This document shows, piece by piece, positions 27,827 to 37,473 of a stretch of DNA of 64,000 nt. The stretch comes from Acidimicrobiia bacterium (GTDB taxonomy: Bacteria > Actinomycetota > Acidimicrobiia > Spongiisociales > ZC4RG35). The notes beneath the pieces were generated by a model. That model worked only from the letters and a program-made list of their open reading frames with translations, did not search any database and was not told the DNA's origin. A program made the position numbers and the translations under genes. Each line of letters starts with the position of its first letter. The stretch's first letter is position 1. The stretch lies in the NCBI GenBank assembly GCA_025928935.1, contig JAICNB010000008.1, positions 2,456 through 66,455 of the forward strand, given 5' to 3'.

Positions 27827-29119
27827 ATGGCGCCCCCGGTCTCTGATCGCTTCCGGCTCGAGATGCGTCTCGGCCGTGATCAGGACATCGAGGAGTGGCT
27901 GGCCACCGACACCTCACTGGAGCGGCCGGTCCTGATCAGGTCCCTCGGGCCTGAATCGAGTCAGGAGCGCCGTTCCCGGTTCATCGCCGCGGTGAGTGGC
28001 GCCGCCAAGACCGCCCACCCCCATCTGGCCCGGGTCTTCGCGGTAGAAGACGTCGCGGGAGGCGCATACGCCGTGTGCGAATGGACCGGTGGGGCTTCGG
28101 CGGCCGACCGCATCGCCGCGGAGCAGATGGTCGGCCTCGAGGAGTTCCTACCCAACGCTTCCGGGCTGGCCGGTGCGTTGGCCGCCCTCCATGAATCAGG
28201 GGCCACCCATGGCCGCATCGACCTCTCTGCCATCTCCTGGTCCGTAGCTCATCCGGCCAAGCTTGGCGGATTCGGCCGGGAGGCACACACCGATCAAGAG
28301 GGGGACGTCCGTGCGCTCGCGGCAGCCCTCGAAACGGCCCTCACCGGTGCCGTGCCGGGCGGCCCTCCGCCGTCCGAGAGCATCGACGGTGTGCCCCGGG
28401 CCATCGATCGGATCCTGCGCTCCGCCCAGTCGGGGCGGGCCAGCGCCTCAGACCTGGAGAAGGCGCTGATAGCTGCCCCTTCGCTGCGGGCTGCCCAGCC
28501 CGAGCCGCCTTCCACCTCCCGCCGACTGCTCTATGTGGCCATCGGATTGGTGGTCGTGGCCATCGGACTGGTGGCCCTTGGTCGTCTGTTCATCGGAGGG
28601 GGCGAGCCGATCATCCCCGTCGTTCCCCCCTCCACCACGCTCGGCCCCACTCCGACCAGCACCGTCGTGACCGTGACCACCCTCCCCACGGGACCGGTCC
28701 GGGTGGCCGGGTTCGCCTCGTTCGACCCGTTCGGCGACGGATCCGAGAATGACGATGCGGTCGGCGACGTGCTCGACGGCAGCGCCTCCACCGTCTGGAG
28801 ATCGGAGCGATACGTGGACCCCCTCTCCCTGGTCAAGCCCGGAGTCGGGCTGCGGTTCCAGCTGACCGGCACCCCGTCCGCGGTGCAGCTGGTCGGGCTC
28901 ACCACCGGGACCACCTTCGACATCTACTGGTCACGGGAGCCTCCCGAAGGCATCGACGGGTTGGAGCGTGCCCTCAGTGGCACCGCGGAGGCGAGCGAGA
29001 CCTTGTTCCCCCTCCCCCCTCGGGAAGGAGGCCACTGGCTTTTGTGGATGACCGAGTTCCCCCAGCAGCCTGACGGTTCCTATTACGCGGAGCTGGCAGA
29101 AGTACGATTCACCCCGTGA
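27827..29119 (+). CDS. membrane pseudokinase (kinase-homology domain, TM, Thr/Pro linker, extracellular domain)
   Basis: Kinase-like layout (HPHLARVF, VCEW, HGRI) without the catalytic K, HRD or DFG; TM then SFDPFGD..EN and KPGVGL; lies upstream of sigM. Confidence 0.75.
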   Translation: MAPPVSDRFRLEMRLGRDQDIEEWLATDTSLERPVLIRSLGPESSQERRSRFIAAVSGAAKTAHPHLARVFAVEDVAGGAYAVCEWTGGASAADRIAAEQMVGLEEFLPNASGLAGALAALHESGATHGRIDLSAISWSVAHPAKLGGFGREAHTDQEGDVRALAAALETALTGAVPGGPPPSESIDGVPRAIDRILRSAQSGRASASDLEKALIAAPSLRAAQPEPPSTSRRLLYVAIGLVVVAIGLVALGRLFIGGGEPIIPVVPPSTTLGPTPTSTVVTVTTLPTGPVRVAGFASFDPFGDGSENDDAVGDVLDGSASTVWRSERYVDPLSLVKPGVGLRFQLTGTPSAVQLVGLTTGTTFDIYWSREPPEGIDGLERALSGTAEASETLFPLPPREGGHWLLWMTEFPQQPDGSYYAELAEVRFTP

Positions 29120-29664
29120 CGGTCCCCGGCAACGAAGCCGAGTTGCTGGCTCGCGTCGTCATCGGGGATCGGCAGGCTTTCGAGCTGGTCATGCGGAACC
29201 ATGAAGACCGGGTCTTCTCGGTCTGTCTCCGCATCCTCGGTGATCGGGAAAGGGCGCTCGACGCCACCCAGGACACTTTCCTGACCGTCTTTCGCAAGGC
29301 GCGCCAATTCGAAGGACGCTCCGCCGTGGGGACCTGGATCTACCGGATCGCCGTCAACACTTGTTACGACCAGCTGCGGCGGATGCAACGGAGACCCACG
29401 GAGAGGTTCCCCGAGCACCTCGACCCGTCGGATCCGGGGGCCGAGCAGGAGATCGAGTCGGCCGGTCTCCGGCCCGAGATCGAAGCCGCCCTCGCCGTGC
29501 TTTCGCCCGACTTCCGCAATGCGGTGATTCTGTCCGATCTCGAAGGTCTGTCCCTGCCAGAGGTGGCCGATGTCCTCGGTGTCCCCGTGGGGACGGTCAA
29601 GTCCCGCCTGTTCAGGGGACGCCGGCTCCTGGCTCAGCGTCTGGGGAACCAAACGATGTCATGA
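29116..29664 (+). CDS. ECF sigma factor, SigM-like
   Basis: GDRQAF, DATQDTF, TWIYRIAVN, EVADVLGVPVGTVKSRLFRGR; sigM synteny before trxB. Confidence 0.9.
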   Translation: MTVPGNEAELLARVVIGDRQAFELVMRNHEDRVFSVCLRILGDRERALDATQDTFLTVFRKARQFEGRSAVGTWIYRIAVNTCYDQLRRMQRRPTERFPEHLDPSDPGAEQEIESAGLRPEIEAALAVLSPDFRNAVILSDLEGLSLPEVADVLGVPVGTVKSRLFRGRRLLAQRLGNQTMS

Positions 29665-29674
29665 GACCATCCAA
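29644..29674 (+). promoter_or_regulatory. putative ECF (SigM-type) promoter at the 3' end of the sigma gene
   Basis: GGGAACC-N17-CATCCAA ending 7 nt before ATG 29682. Confidence 0.5.
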
Positions 29675-29681
29675 CCAGGGA

Positions 29682-30461
29682 ATGCACGAACACGACCTCG
29701 ATCTGATCGCCGCTCTGGCGGATGGTTCTACCAGCGATGCGGCGGATGGCGCCGCGAGCGGCGCGGCCGGCGCACGCTCCCTGGTCGAGACGTGCCCGGT
29801 CTGCCGCGCCGAATACGAGGCTCAGACGGAAGTGATCGCATGGCTCGCCGGCTCCCCCACCCCGGCCATGACCGACATGGAGCGAGCCGGCCTGCATCGC
29901 GCCGTCCGCTCGGGGATCGAGAGCGAGAAGCCGGCAGCCCCGGCGGCCCCGTGGTGGCAGCGTCTCGGCTACGTGGCGGCCGGGCTGCTGGTGGTGGCCG
30001 GCCTCGTCGCTGTGTTGCAGAACTCGGGTGTGTTGGGCGGCGCCGACGGCCTGGCCGAATCCGCCGCCACGACCGTCGCCGGGGAGGCCGAAGCCGCCGG
30101 GGGGGCAGAAGGCACCGGGGCGCCGACCGAAGGGATCCCGTTCGTTGCCGGCGACACCGCTGAGGATTTCGACCCTCAGGAGGCGCCCACGACCACAGCG
30201 GCCGCGTCGGAGTCGCTGACTCTCCCCTTTGCCGAGTTCGCCGACGAGGCCCGCTCCAGCCAGACCCAGCGCGAGGAGACCGACACCAATGAGGACGATC
30301 GGGAGTGCCTCGCCCGGGCCGGGCTCGACCGTCACGTCGTGGTGAGGGAGATCGAAGACGAGAAGACCTACCTGGTGGTGATGCCCGAAGACCCGGCTGA
30401 GGACCCGGTCGTCTTTTTCGTCGAGGTGCCCGAGTGCCGCATCGTCTTCGAGGATCGCTGA
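29682..30461 (+). CDS. putative Zn-binding transmembrane anti-sigma factor
   Basis: H...ALADG...CPVC ZAS-like motif, one TM, acidic extracytoplasmic part with two Cys; alternative start 29661. Confidence 0.78.
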   Translation: MHEHDLDLIAALADGSTSDAADGAASGAAGARSLVETCPVCRAEYEAQTEVIAWLAGSPTPAMTDMERAGLHRAVRSGIESEKPAAPAAPWWQRLGYVAAGLLVVAGLVAVLQNSGVLGGADGLAESAATTVAGEAEAAGGAEGTGAPTEGIPFVAGDTAEDFDPQEAPTTTAAASESLTLPFAEFADEARSSQTQREETDTNEDDRECLARAGLDRHVVVREIEDEKTYLVVMPEDPAEDPVVFFVEVPECRIVFEDR

Positions 30462-30506
30462 CCACGCGCTAGGGCTTGGACCGTTCGGCAAACTATCCTC
30501 GCCGCA

Positions 30507-30776
30507 ATGGAGGAATGGGCTGCTCGCTTTGCCGAGGTCCTCGAGCAGATCGGGGTCAAGGTTCGCTCGCTGACGGTCGACCGGGTGGCCCGAGGGATCC
30601 GGCTCACCGGTCTGGGAATCCTCGCCGCAACTTTGGGGTTCTCCGCGGTGCTCTTCCTCTTTCTAGCGATATTCGGCGCCCTCGAGATCCCGCTGACGAC
30701 GGCCGGGGCCCTGGCGGTGATCGGTGTCGCTCTGATCGGGGGGGGCAGCTACCTCTGGATCAAGAGAGTCGAATGA
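30507..30776 (+). CDS. small two-TM hypothetical protein
   Basis: TATCCT-N7-ATG, two hydrophobic helices, ATGA overlap with trxB. Confidence 0.7.
   Translation: MEEWAARFAEVLEQIGVKVRSLTVDRVARGIRLTGLGILAATLGFSAVLFLFLAIFGALEIPLTTAGALAVIGVALIGGGSYLWIKRVE
30614..30640 (+). promoter_or_regulatory. putative SigH/SigR-type promoter for trxBA
   Basis: GGGAAT-N18-GTT about 130 nt upstream of trxB, matching the GGAAT-N18-GTT consensus; trxBA is a classical target. Confidence 0.55.
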
Positions 30777-31699
30777 ATCACGAGAAACTGATCATCATCG
30801 GTTCGGGGCCGGCTGGTCTCACGGCCGCCCTCTATGCCGCGCGGGCCGACCTCGAGCCGCTCGTGTTCGAGGGGGTGGCCGCCGGCGGGCAGTTGATGAT
30901 CACGACGGATGTGGAGAACTACCCCGGCTTTCCCGACGGGATCCTCGGACCGGAGCTTATGGATCAGTTCAGAAAGCAGGCCGAGCGCTTCGGGTCCCGG
31001 CTCCAGCAGGTCGATGTGACCAAGGTGGACTTCGGCGTCAAGCCTTTTCGGGTCGACGTGGGTGCCGACGTCTACACCGCGGACGCGGTCATCGTGGCCA
31101 CCGGCGCCAGTGCCAGGTGGCTCGGCGTGCCCGGTGAAGAGAAGCTGACCGGGCGCGGGGTCTCGGCATGTGCCACCTGTGACGGGTTCTTCTTCAGGAA
31201 TCAGGACCTGATCGTCGTCGGTGGTGGTGACACCGCCATGGAAGAGGCTCTCTTCCTCACCAAGTTCGCCAACAAGATCACGATCGTCCATCGCCGCGAC
31301 GAGTTCAGGGCGTCGAAGATCATGGCGCAGCGGGCGATCGACCATCCCAAGATCGACGTGCTGTGGAACACGGTGCTCGAGGAGATCCACGGTGAGGGAA
31401 CCGTCGAGAAGGTCACCCTGAGGGACACGGTCACGGGCGTCACCCGGGAGATGGCAGCGAACGGCGTCTTCATCGCCATCGGGCACAAGCCCAACACCGA
31501 TTTGTTCGCTCAGCATCTCGATCTCGACGAGAATGGATACATCGTGAAGTCACCCGACGGAAGCACACGGACCAACGTGGATGGTGTGTTCGCCGCGGGG
31601 GACGTCGCCGACCACACCTATCGCCAGGCGGTCACTGCGGCAGGGACCGGGTGCATGGCGGCCATCGACGCAGAGCGATGGCTCGCCGGCCTGGAATGA
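30773..31699 (+). CDS. trxB: thioredoxin-disulfide reductase
   Basis: [41 protein letters not shown]. Confidence 0.97.
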   Translation: MNHEKLIIIGSGPAGLTAALYAARADLEPLVFEGVAAGGQLMITTDVENYPGFPDGILGPELMDQFRKQAERFGSRLQQVDVTKVDFGVKPFRVDVGADVYTADAVIVATGASARWLGVPGEEKLTGRGVSACATCDGFFFRNQDLIVVGGGDTAMEEALFLTKFANKITIVHRRDEFRASKIMAQRAIDHPKIDVLWNTVLEEIHGEGTVEKVTLRDTVTGVTREMAANGVFIAIGHKPNTDLFAQHLDLDENGYIVKSPDGSTRTNVDGVFAAGDVADHTYRQAVTAAGTGCMAAIDAERWLAGLE

Positions 31700-31728
31700 C
31701 GCCCCGACCGCGAGGAGAGACCAGAGAA

Positions 31729-32049
31729 ATGCCCGAAAACATCGTCACCCTGAATGACGGCACATTCAACGACGCGATCAGCGGCGACAAGCCCATCCTG
31801 GTCGACTTCTGGGCCGAGTGGTGCGGTCCGTGCCGGGTGATCGCCCCCGTCCTGGAAGAGATCGCGGCCGAGAACGAGGGACTCACCATCGGCAAGCTCA
31901 ACATCGACCACAACCCGATGCCGGCGGCGAAGCACGACGTCATGAGCATCCCGACCCTGATCCTGTTCAAGGACGGCGTGGAGAAGAAGCGCATCGTCGG
32001 GGCCGCCCCCAAACACAGGCTGTTACAGGAACTGTCAGAGTTCCTGTGA
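31729..32049 (+). CDS. trxA: thioredoxin
   Basis: DFWAEWCGPC, SIPT. Confidence 0.96.
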   Translation: MPENIVTLNDGTFNDAISGDKPILVDFWAEWCGPCRVIAPVLEEIAAENEGLTIGKLNIDHNPMPAAKHDVMSIPTLILFKDGVEKKRIVGAAPKHRLLQELSEFL

Positions 32050-32050
32050 A

Positions 32051-32081
32051 TCGGTCGGGGCGGAGCGGCAGCCCCGGCCGA
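32051..32081 (+). terminator. GC-rich hairpin after trxA
   Basis: TCGGTCGGGGC/GCCCCGGCCGA stem immediately after the stop; no clear U tract. Confidence 0.5.
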
Positions 32082-32198
32082 CCGGCGTCAGTTTGGCCGG
32101 CAAGGGCGACTTAGTCTGATACGCATGACGGTGGTCCCCCACTCGCGACGTACCCTCGGTCTCGGAGGCAGTCGGCCAAAGTCGGCCGGCAATTAGGG

Positions 32199-33182
32199 AT
32201 GCGTCTCTATCGCGCCGGTGATGAAGGAGCCGCGGTCCGGGACATCCAGGAACGTCTCGACGCGCTCGGCTTTTCGCCCGGGCAGGACACACCGAGCTCC
32301 TTCTCCGCCGGAACCGAAGACGCAGTGCGGGAGTTCCAGCGGGCCCGAGGGCTCGACGTCGACGGAATCGTTGGCCCCGATACCTGGCGCTCCCTCTACG
32401 AAGCGGGGTATCGACTCGGTGATCGGATGCTGTTCCTCCGCCGCCCGATGATGCGGGGCGAGGATGTGTCGGAGCTGCAGTCCCGTCTCAGCTCGCTCGG
32501 ATTCGACGTGGGCAAGGTCGATGGGATCTTCGGGCCGAAGACCGAGCAGGCCGTCATCGAGTTCCAGCACAATCGTGACCTGGCAGAAGATGGAAAGGCA
32601 GGCCCGGAGGTGGTTACCGAGGTCCACCTGGTGACTCGTGGGGAGATGCGTGAGGGCCGCCAGGCGGTGCGGGAGCGGGAATGGCTGAGAAGACTCCCCG
32701 CGACCGTGGCGGGAACGCGGGTCTACATCGATGCCGGCTGTCGCGATCCCCATGAGGCGTCCGTTGCGTGGGACGCGGCATCGGCCGCGGCTCTCGCCCT
32801 ACAGGACCTGGGTGGCCTGCCCGTCATGTCACGGTCACAGGACGCATCCGTCCCCGAACGTCTACGCGCCAACAGGGCAAACGTGTTCGGCGCCGACCTG
32901 ATCGTCGCATTCCAGTTGAGCGCCGACGGCGACGACTCGGTGTTCTACTTCGCCTCGGAGCACAGCCGCTCCGAGGCAGGTGAGCTCCTGGCCCGATCTC
33001 TGGCGACGGTTCTGGGCGGCAAGGTGGAAGGTCGTGCCGGCGCTCTGCTCAAAGAGACCCGGGCCCCCGCCGTGGTGGTGTCACGGGGGAGACTCGATGA
33101 GGAAGTGGGCTACGCCGTGGTCGACGGTCTGACCCGGTTCTTCGCCGGTGCGGCCGTCGATGCGGCCGCTTCTACCCGTTGA
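32199..33182 (+). CDS. CwlM-like protein (two peptidoglycan-binding domains plus degenerate amidase_3)
   Basis: AVREFQRARGLDVDGIVGPDTW, YRLGDR, DGIFG, ERLRANRAN, LLKETRAPAV; trxA-cwlM-parB synteny. Confidence 0.82.
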   Translation: MRLYRAGDEGAAVRDIQERLDALGFSPGQDTPSSFSAGTEDAVREFQRARGLDVDGIVGPDTWRSLYEAGYRLGDRMLFLRRPMMRGEDVSELQSRLSSLGFDVGKVDGIFGPKTEQAVIEFQHNRDLAEDGKAGPEVVTEVHLVTRGEMREGRQAVREREWLRRLPATVAGTRVYIDAGCRDPHEASVAWDAASAAALALQDLGGLPVMSRSQDASVPERLRANRANVFGADLIVAFQLSADGDDSVFYFASEHSRSEAGELLARSLATVLGGKVEGRAGALLKETRAPAVVVSRGRLDEEVGYAVVDGLTRFFAGAAVDAAASTR

Positions 33183-34023
33183 AGATGCGGTAGAGACGCT
33201 CCAGCTCGCCGAGCGACCCGAACTTGATCTCCACCTTTCCCTTCTCGTTCCGGTAGGTGATCTTCACCGGGGCGGCGAGATGGTCGGTGAGCCTCTTCTC
33301 CAACTCGATGATCTCAACCGGGCGTAGCTGGCGGACACCCGTCGGCGTGTTACGACCCGTCCCCTTGCGGAGACGCACCGCATCCTCGATCTGCCGAACG
33401 CTCCAACCGTCGTCGACTGCCCGTCCCGCCAGATGGATTGCGTATCCGGAGTCCTCGAGACCGACCAGGGCGCGGGCGTGCCCGGCCGAGAGATCCCCGG
33501 CGTCGACCATCGCCTGGACCTCCTCGGGTAGCTGCAGCAGTCGGAGGGTGTTCGACACCGCCGGTCTCGACTTCCCGACTCGTTCCGCCACCTTCTCCTG
33601 GGTCATTCCATAATTTTCCAGGAGTTGCTGGTAGGCGTGAGCCTCCTCCAGTGGGGTGAGATCCTGACGTTGCACGTTCTCGATGAGCGCTTCGACCAGG
33701 GTTGGTTGACCCGTGGTCTCGCGGATCACTGCCGGGATCAGCGACAGACCGGCTCTCTTCGCCGCCCGCCATCGTCGTTCACCGGCGATGAGCACATACC
33801 CGTCATCACCGCTGGTCACCACCACCGGCTGGAGAACCCCGACCTCCTTCATCGATGACGCCATCTCTTCCAGGGTGTCGTCGTCGAATCGGGACCGGGG
33901 TTGGTCGGGGTTGACCGAGATCTGATCGACCGGGATCTGCTTGAAACCCTCGGGCTCACCCCCGGGCTCGATCGGGATGAGTGACTCGAGACCTCTGCCC
34001 AACCCGGTGCGCCGACTGGTCAT
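33172..34023 (-). CDS. parB: chromosome partitioning protein ParB
   Basis: GLGRGL, NPDQPR, LIAGERRWRA, ENVQRQDL, HTH, GHARAL. Confidence 0.96.
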   Translation of the reverse strand: MTSRRTGLGRGLESLIPIEPGGEPEGFKQIPVDQISVNPDQPRSRFDDDTLEEMASSMKEVGVLQPVVVTSGDDGYVLIAGERRWRAAKRAGLSLIPAVIRETTGQPTLVEALIENVQRQDLTPLEEAHAYQQLLENYGMTQEKVAERVGKSRPAVSNTLRLLQLPEEVQAMVDAGDLSAGHARALVGLEDSGYAIHLAGRAVDDGWSVRQIEDAVRLRKGTGRNTPTGVRQLRPVEIIELEKRLTDHLAAPVKITYRNEKGKVEIKFGSLGELERLYRIFNG

Positions 34024-34024
34024 G

Positions 34025-34816
34025 TCATCCTCCCTTGCTCAACCCGTGTCGCTCGATGAACTCCCGTCCCAATTGGCGATAGGCGATGGCCCCCCGGCTC
34101 ATCGGGTCGAAGGCCTCGATCGGCTCCCCATAGGATGGGGCCTCGGACAACCGCACCGATCGTGGGATCACCGCCCGATAGGTGCTGTCGGCAAAATGAT
34201 CCCGGACCTGGCTGGCCACGTCTTTGGACAACTTGGTGCGACCGTCGTACATGGTCAACACCACACCCCCGACCTTCAAGTCGGAATTGAGGTTTTGGGT
34301 GACCAGCTGGACGTTGCGCAACAGCTGGCTCAAACCCTCCAGGGCGTAATACTCACATTGGATCGGGATCAATACCTCATCGGCGGCGGTGAAGGCGTTG
34401 ACGGTGAGCAGACCCAAGGAGGGTGGGCAGTCGATCAAGATCACATCGAAACCCTGATCCAGCTCGGCTATGGCGGTGCGGAGACGGGTTTCACGTGAAA
34501 ACAGGGAGACCAGCTCGATCTCGGCGCCGGCCAGGTCGATGGTGGCAGGGAGAACGAAGAGATCACGCACCGAGGTGGCCTCCACCGCATCCTCGACCTC
34601 CGCCTCTTTGAGCAAAACCTCGTAAACCGAGGTGTCTACTGTGGAACGATCCAGACCGAGCCCGCTGGTGGCGTTGCCCTGTGGGTCGAGATCGATGAGA
34701 AGGGTGCGTTGACCCTGAAAGGCCAATGTCGCGGCCAGATTGATGGCGGTGGTGGTCTTGCCAACCCCACCTTTCTGATTGGCCAGAGCGACCACCAGTG
34801 GTCCTTTGTCAGTCAC
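34025..34816 (-). CDS. parA: chromosome partitioning ATPase ParA/Soj
   Basis: NQKGGVGKTT, DLDPQGN, IDCPPSLG, QCEYYALEG, IPRSVRLSEAPS. Confidence 0.96.
   Translation of the reverse strand: MTDKGPLVVALANQKGGVGKTTTAINLAATLAFQGQRTLLIDLDPQGNATSGLGLDRSTVDTSVYEVLLKEAEVEDAVEATSVRDLFVLPATIDLAGAEIELVSLFSRETRLRTAIAELDQGFDVILIDCPPSLGLLTVNAFTAADEVLIPIQCEYYALEGLSQLLRNVQLVTQNLNSDLKVGGVVLTMYDGRTKLSKDVASQVRDHFADSTYRAVIPRSVRLSEAPSYGEPIEAFDPMSRGAIAYRQLGREFIERHGLSKGG
34488..34501. promoter_or_regulatory. parS-like site inside parA
   Basis: GTTTCACGTGAAAA, 13/14 match to GTTTCACGTGAAAC; read as FSRET in ParA. Confidence 0.65.
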
Positions 34817-34825
34817 TGCTGTAAC

Positions 34826-35479
34826 TCACTGAGGACGCATGATAAGAAGCCAGACCCTTTGGTCAAGGACCGCTCCCGGTACCTCCATCAAATCGAAGCC
34901 GACCACCTCGGGTGGAGACGCCCAGGAACCACCGACCACCGCCCTACCCTCCGGCCCCAGGATTCGGGTGAAACTGGTCACCGCCTGGTCCGGGGAGAGA
35001 CTGGCTCGGGAGACGATCCCATCCACCGGGGTTTGCCAGTTGGCGATATCTCCAAGTACTACCTCGACATTCTCCAGATCGAGAACCCGGACCGCTCGTT
35101 TCATCAGTTCGATGCGACGACCGGAGCGATCGAGCAGGGAGAATCTGGTATCGGGCATGAGGATGCTGAGCGGGATACCGGGGAGACCCACACCCGAGCC
35201 GACATCGAGGATGTGCTTCGGGTTGATGGGGAAGCCACCGGCGAAGAGCAGTGAATCACCGATGTGACGATTGTCGATCCGCTCGGTCTCGTAGGGCCCA
35301 ATCCCGCCCGCCTTGACCGCTTCGGTCAACAGCCAGTCCCGGTACTCCGCCAGTTTGCCCAGATCCGATGGGGTGAGATGACGACCCGACCATTCGGTAC
35401 AACGGGTCCACACCAGATGTGAATGTTCCACGTGAAACAGTGTGGGATCTGGGTTCGAATCGTGAGTTCGGGAACCCAA
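34826..35479 (-). CDS. rsmG: 16S rRNA m7G527 methyltransferase
   Basis: GIGPYE, RHIGDSL, DVGSGVGLPG, SRA; start uncertain. Confidence 0.9.
   Translation of the reverse strand: MGSRTHDSNPDPTLFHVEHSHLVWTRCTEWSGRHLTPSDLGKLAEYRDWLLTEAVKAGGIGPYETERIDNRHIGDSLLFAGGFPINPKHILDVGSGVGLPGIPLSILMPDTRFSLLDRSGRRIELMKRAVRVLDLENVEVVLGDIANWQTPVDGIVSRASLSPDQAVTSFTRILGPEGRAVVGGSWASPPEVVGFDLMEVPGAVLDQRVWLLIMRPQ
35424..35439. promoter_or_regulatory. parS site
   Basis: TGTTCCACGTGAAACA, matching the TGTTNCACGTGAAACA consensus, upstream of parAB. Confidence 0.9.
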
Positions 35480-35499
35480 AACCCCGACCCGGGACCCGT

Positions 35500-36363
35500 C
35501 TATTCCTCTTCGCCTTTTGCGGTGGCGGTGGCGGTGGCGGTCAAAACCACATAACGACGGGGTGATTCCCCCTCGGAGTATGAGTTGACCCCTTCCCGGG
35601 TGGCGGCCGCATCATGGATGACCTTTCGATCGGCCGGGCTCATTGGCTCCAGCATGATCTCACCACCCTCGACCATCAGTTGGTCGATGAGACGCTCCGC
35701 ATAGATGGTCAGCGCCTGACGACGACGCTCCGCATAACCGGCAATGTCGAGTCGAAGACGAGCCGTGTCATGGGCATAACGCTGCATCACGGTGCGGGTC
35801 AATTCGTGGATGGCGGACCTGACCGATCCACGAACCCCGACCAAAGCCTCGGTCTGCTCTCCATCGACATCGGCGATGATGACCCCGTCATCGATCTGGG
35901 TCGAAACGGTTCCCTCTAGACCGTAGGCGTCGACCAAACCCTCGAGGAAGCGACCGGCGATCTCGGCCTGTTCCTCGATGGATATGTCAGGGCGATCATC
36001 CACCTTGGGCTCTCGGTTCTCTCCAGATTGGCTCATGTGACGACCCTTGTTCTGTGTCTGGTTTCGTTGCCCGCGGGGTTTGCCCCCACCATTCTTAGTC
36101 GGTGCCTGGGTCTTTTGCCTGGCCGTCTGCTGCTGAGTCTGGCCACGGGTCTCCTTCTTTCGATCGTTGCGACGACGTCTGCTCTTCCGACGCTTGACCC
36201 TGACCACGGCATCCTGACCCCCGATGCCCAGAAATCCCTTCTCCGGTTCCTGGATCACCTCGACCGAGAGCTGGTCGCGATTGCTGACACCCAACTCCTG
36301 CATGGCGGCCTCGACGGCGAGGTCCACGGTCTTGGCCCGAACCTCGATCTCGACGTAACTCAC
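35500..36363 (-). CDS. khpB: Jag/EloR/KhpB RNA-binding protein (Jag_N, KH, R3H)
   Basis: AKTVDLAV, EVIQEPEKGFLGIG, LDIAGY, EPMSPADRKVIH, SEGESPRRYV. Confidence 0.9.
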   Translation of the reverse strand: MSYVEIEVRAKTVDLAVEAAMQELGVSNRDQLSVEVIQEPEKGFLGIGGQDAVVRVKRRKSRRRRNDRKKETRGQTQQQTARQKTQAPTKNGGGKPRGQRNQTQNKGRHMSQSGENREPKVDDRPDISIEEQAEIAGRFLEGLVDAYGLEGTVSTQIDDGVIIADVDGEQTEALVGVRGSVRSAIHELTRTVMQRYAHDTARLRLDIAGYAERRRQALTIYAERLIDQLMVEGGEIMLEPMSPADRKVIHDAAATREGVNSYSEGESPRRYVVLTATATATAKGEEE

Positions 36364-36364
36364 G

Positions 36365-37225
36365 TCACCTCCTCCTGCGCCGACGGCGCTTGTCCGCGGC
36401 ACCCTGTTGTGGCTTCTTCGCCGATGCCTCGGAGTCTCCTGGTAACTCCTTTGGCTCCTCTGCGGTCTTCGCCACCGGGGTGGGGCGCCCATCCATCTTG
36501 AAGATCAGGGCCTGCTGGCCGAGACGAAACAGGTTTCCCGTGGCCCAATAGACGATGAGACCTGCCGGGAAATTCCAGGAGATGAAACCGATGAACAGGG
36601 GCATGATCTTGGTTATCGCCTGCTGGGCCCCGGCACCGGGCTGGCCGGCAGGTCTCTCCTGACCGTAGGTGGCATGCCATTGCTGGACGTACTGGGTGGC
36701 CACCATCAGGGTGATCATGATGAGATAGGGCAATGCGACGCCGATCCCCAGACTCATCGCATCCGACGGGCTGGTGAAGAGGTCCATGCCGAGGAAGGTC
36801 TTGGGTACTTCGTCCGCCAGGGCCATCCCCAGTGAGCTCTGCGCGTCGATGTGTTGACTGGGGTTCTGCAGAAGCCGGAACAGCGCGAACCAGATCGGCA
36901 TCTGGATGAGGAGGGGGAGCAGACACCCACCAGGGGTCGCCCCGGCAGACCGCTGCAGCTGCATCAGCTGCTTCTGCATCTCCTGCGGATCATCCTTGTA
37001 CTGAGTCTGGATCCGCTTGATCTCGGGTTGGATCGCGGTGAACGCCCTCGTCGCCCTGGTCTGCTTCAGGGTCAGCGGGAAAACCAGCAGGTTTATGAAG
37101 ATGGTGAGAAGGATGATGGCCAGCCCCAGGGCGGTCCCCTCGGCGACCAGGCCATCCCACAGGTCATAGAAGAAGGCGAGGACCGATCCCAGACCGTCGA
37201 CGAGGACGTTGAAGACGTTGCCCAT
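36365..37225 (-). CDS. yidC: membrane protein insertase YidC
   Basis: AIILLT, PLTLKQ, QPEIK, GGCLLPLLIQMP, PAGLIVYW. Confidence 0.94.
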   Translation of the reverse strand: MGNVFNVLVDGLGSVLAFFYDLWDGLVAEGTALGLAIILLTIFINLLVFPLTLKQTRATRAFTAIQPEIKRIQTQYKDDPQEMQKQLMQLQRSAGATPGGCLLPLLIQMPIWFALFRLLQNPSQHIDAQSSLGMALADEVPKTFLGMDLFTSPSDAMSLGIGVALPYLIMITLMVATQYVQQWHATYGQERPAGQPGAGAQQAITKIMPLFIGFISWNFPAGLIVYWATGNLFRLGQQALIFKMDGRPTPVAKTAEEPKELPGDSEASAKKPQQGAADKRRRRRRR

Positions 37226-37473
37226 CAGCCCGCTCGCCAGGAGTCAGGCACCGGGTCGTACCCACCGGTACGGAGGGGATGACATCGACCGATCCGTTTC
37301 AGGCCCAGCCAACCCCCCCGGATGACCCCGAACCGGGTTATCGCCTCGGCGGTGTACCTCGAGCAGGTGGGTTGATAACGACAGTTGGCCGGCATGGTGG
37401 GGCTTACCAGTTTTTGGTAAATGCCGATCACAGCGACCACGAGGAAGCGGGGCCGGTACCAACGCTCAGACAT
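37225..37473 (-). CDS. yidD: membrane protein insertion efficiency factor
   Basis: [31 protein letters not shown]. Confidence 0.95.
   Translation of the reverse strand: MSERWYRPRFLVVAVIGIYQKLVSPTMPANCRYQPTCSRYTAEAITRFGVIRGGWLGLKRIGRCHPLRTGGYDPVPDSWRAG

Noticed and set aside
35518-35542. (GCCACC)n microrepeat at the end of khpB
   Set aside because: Encodes a low-complexity Thr-Ala tail; short and in frame
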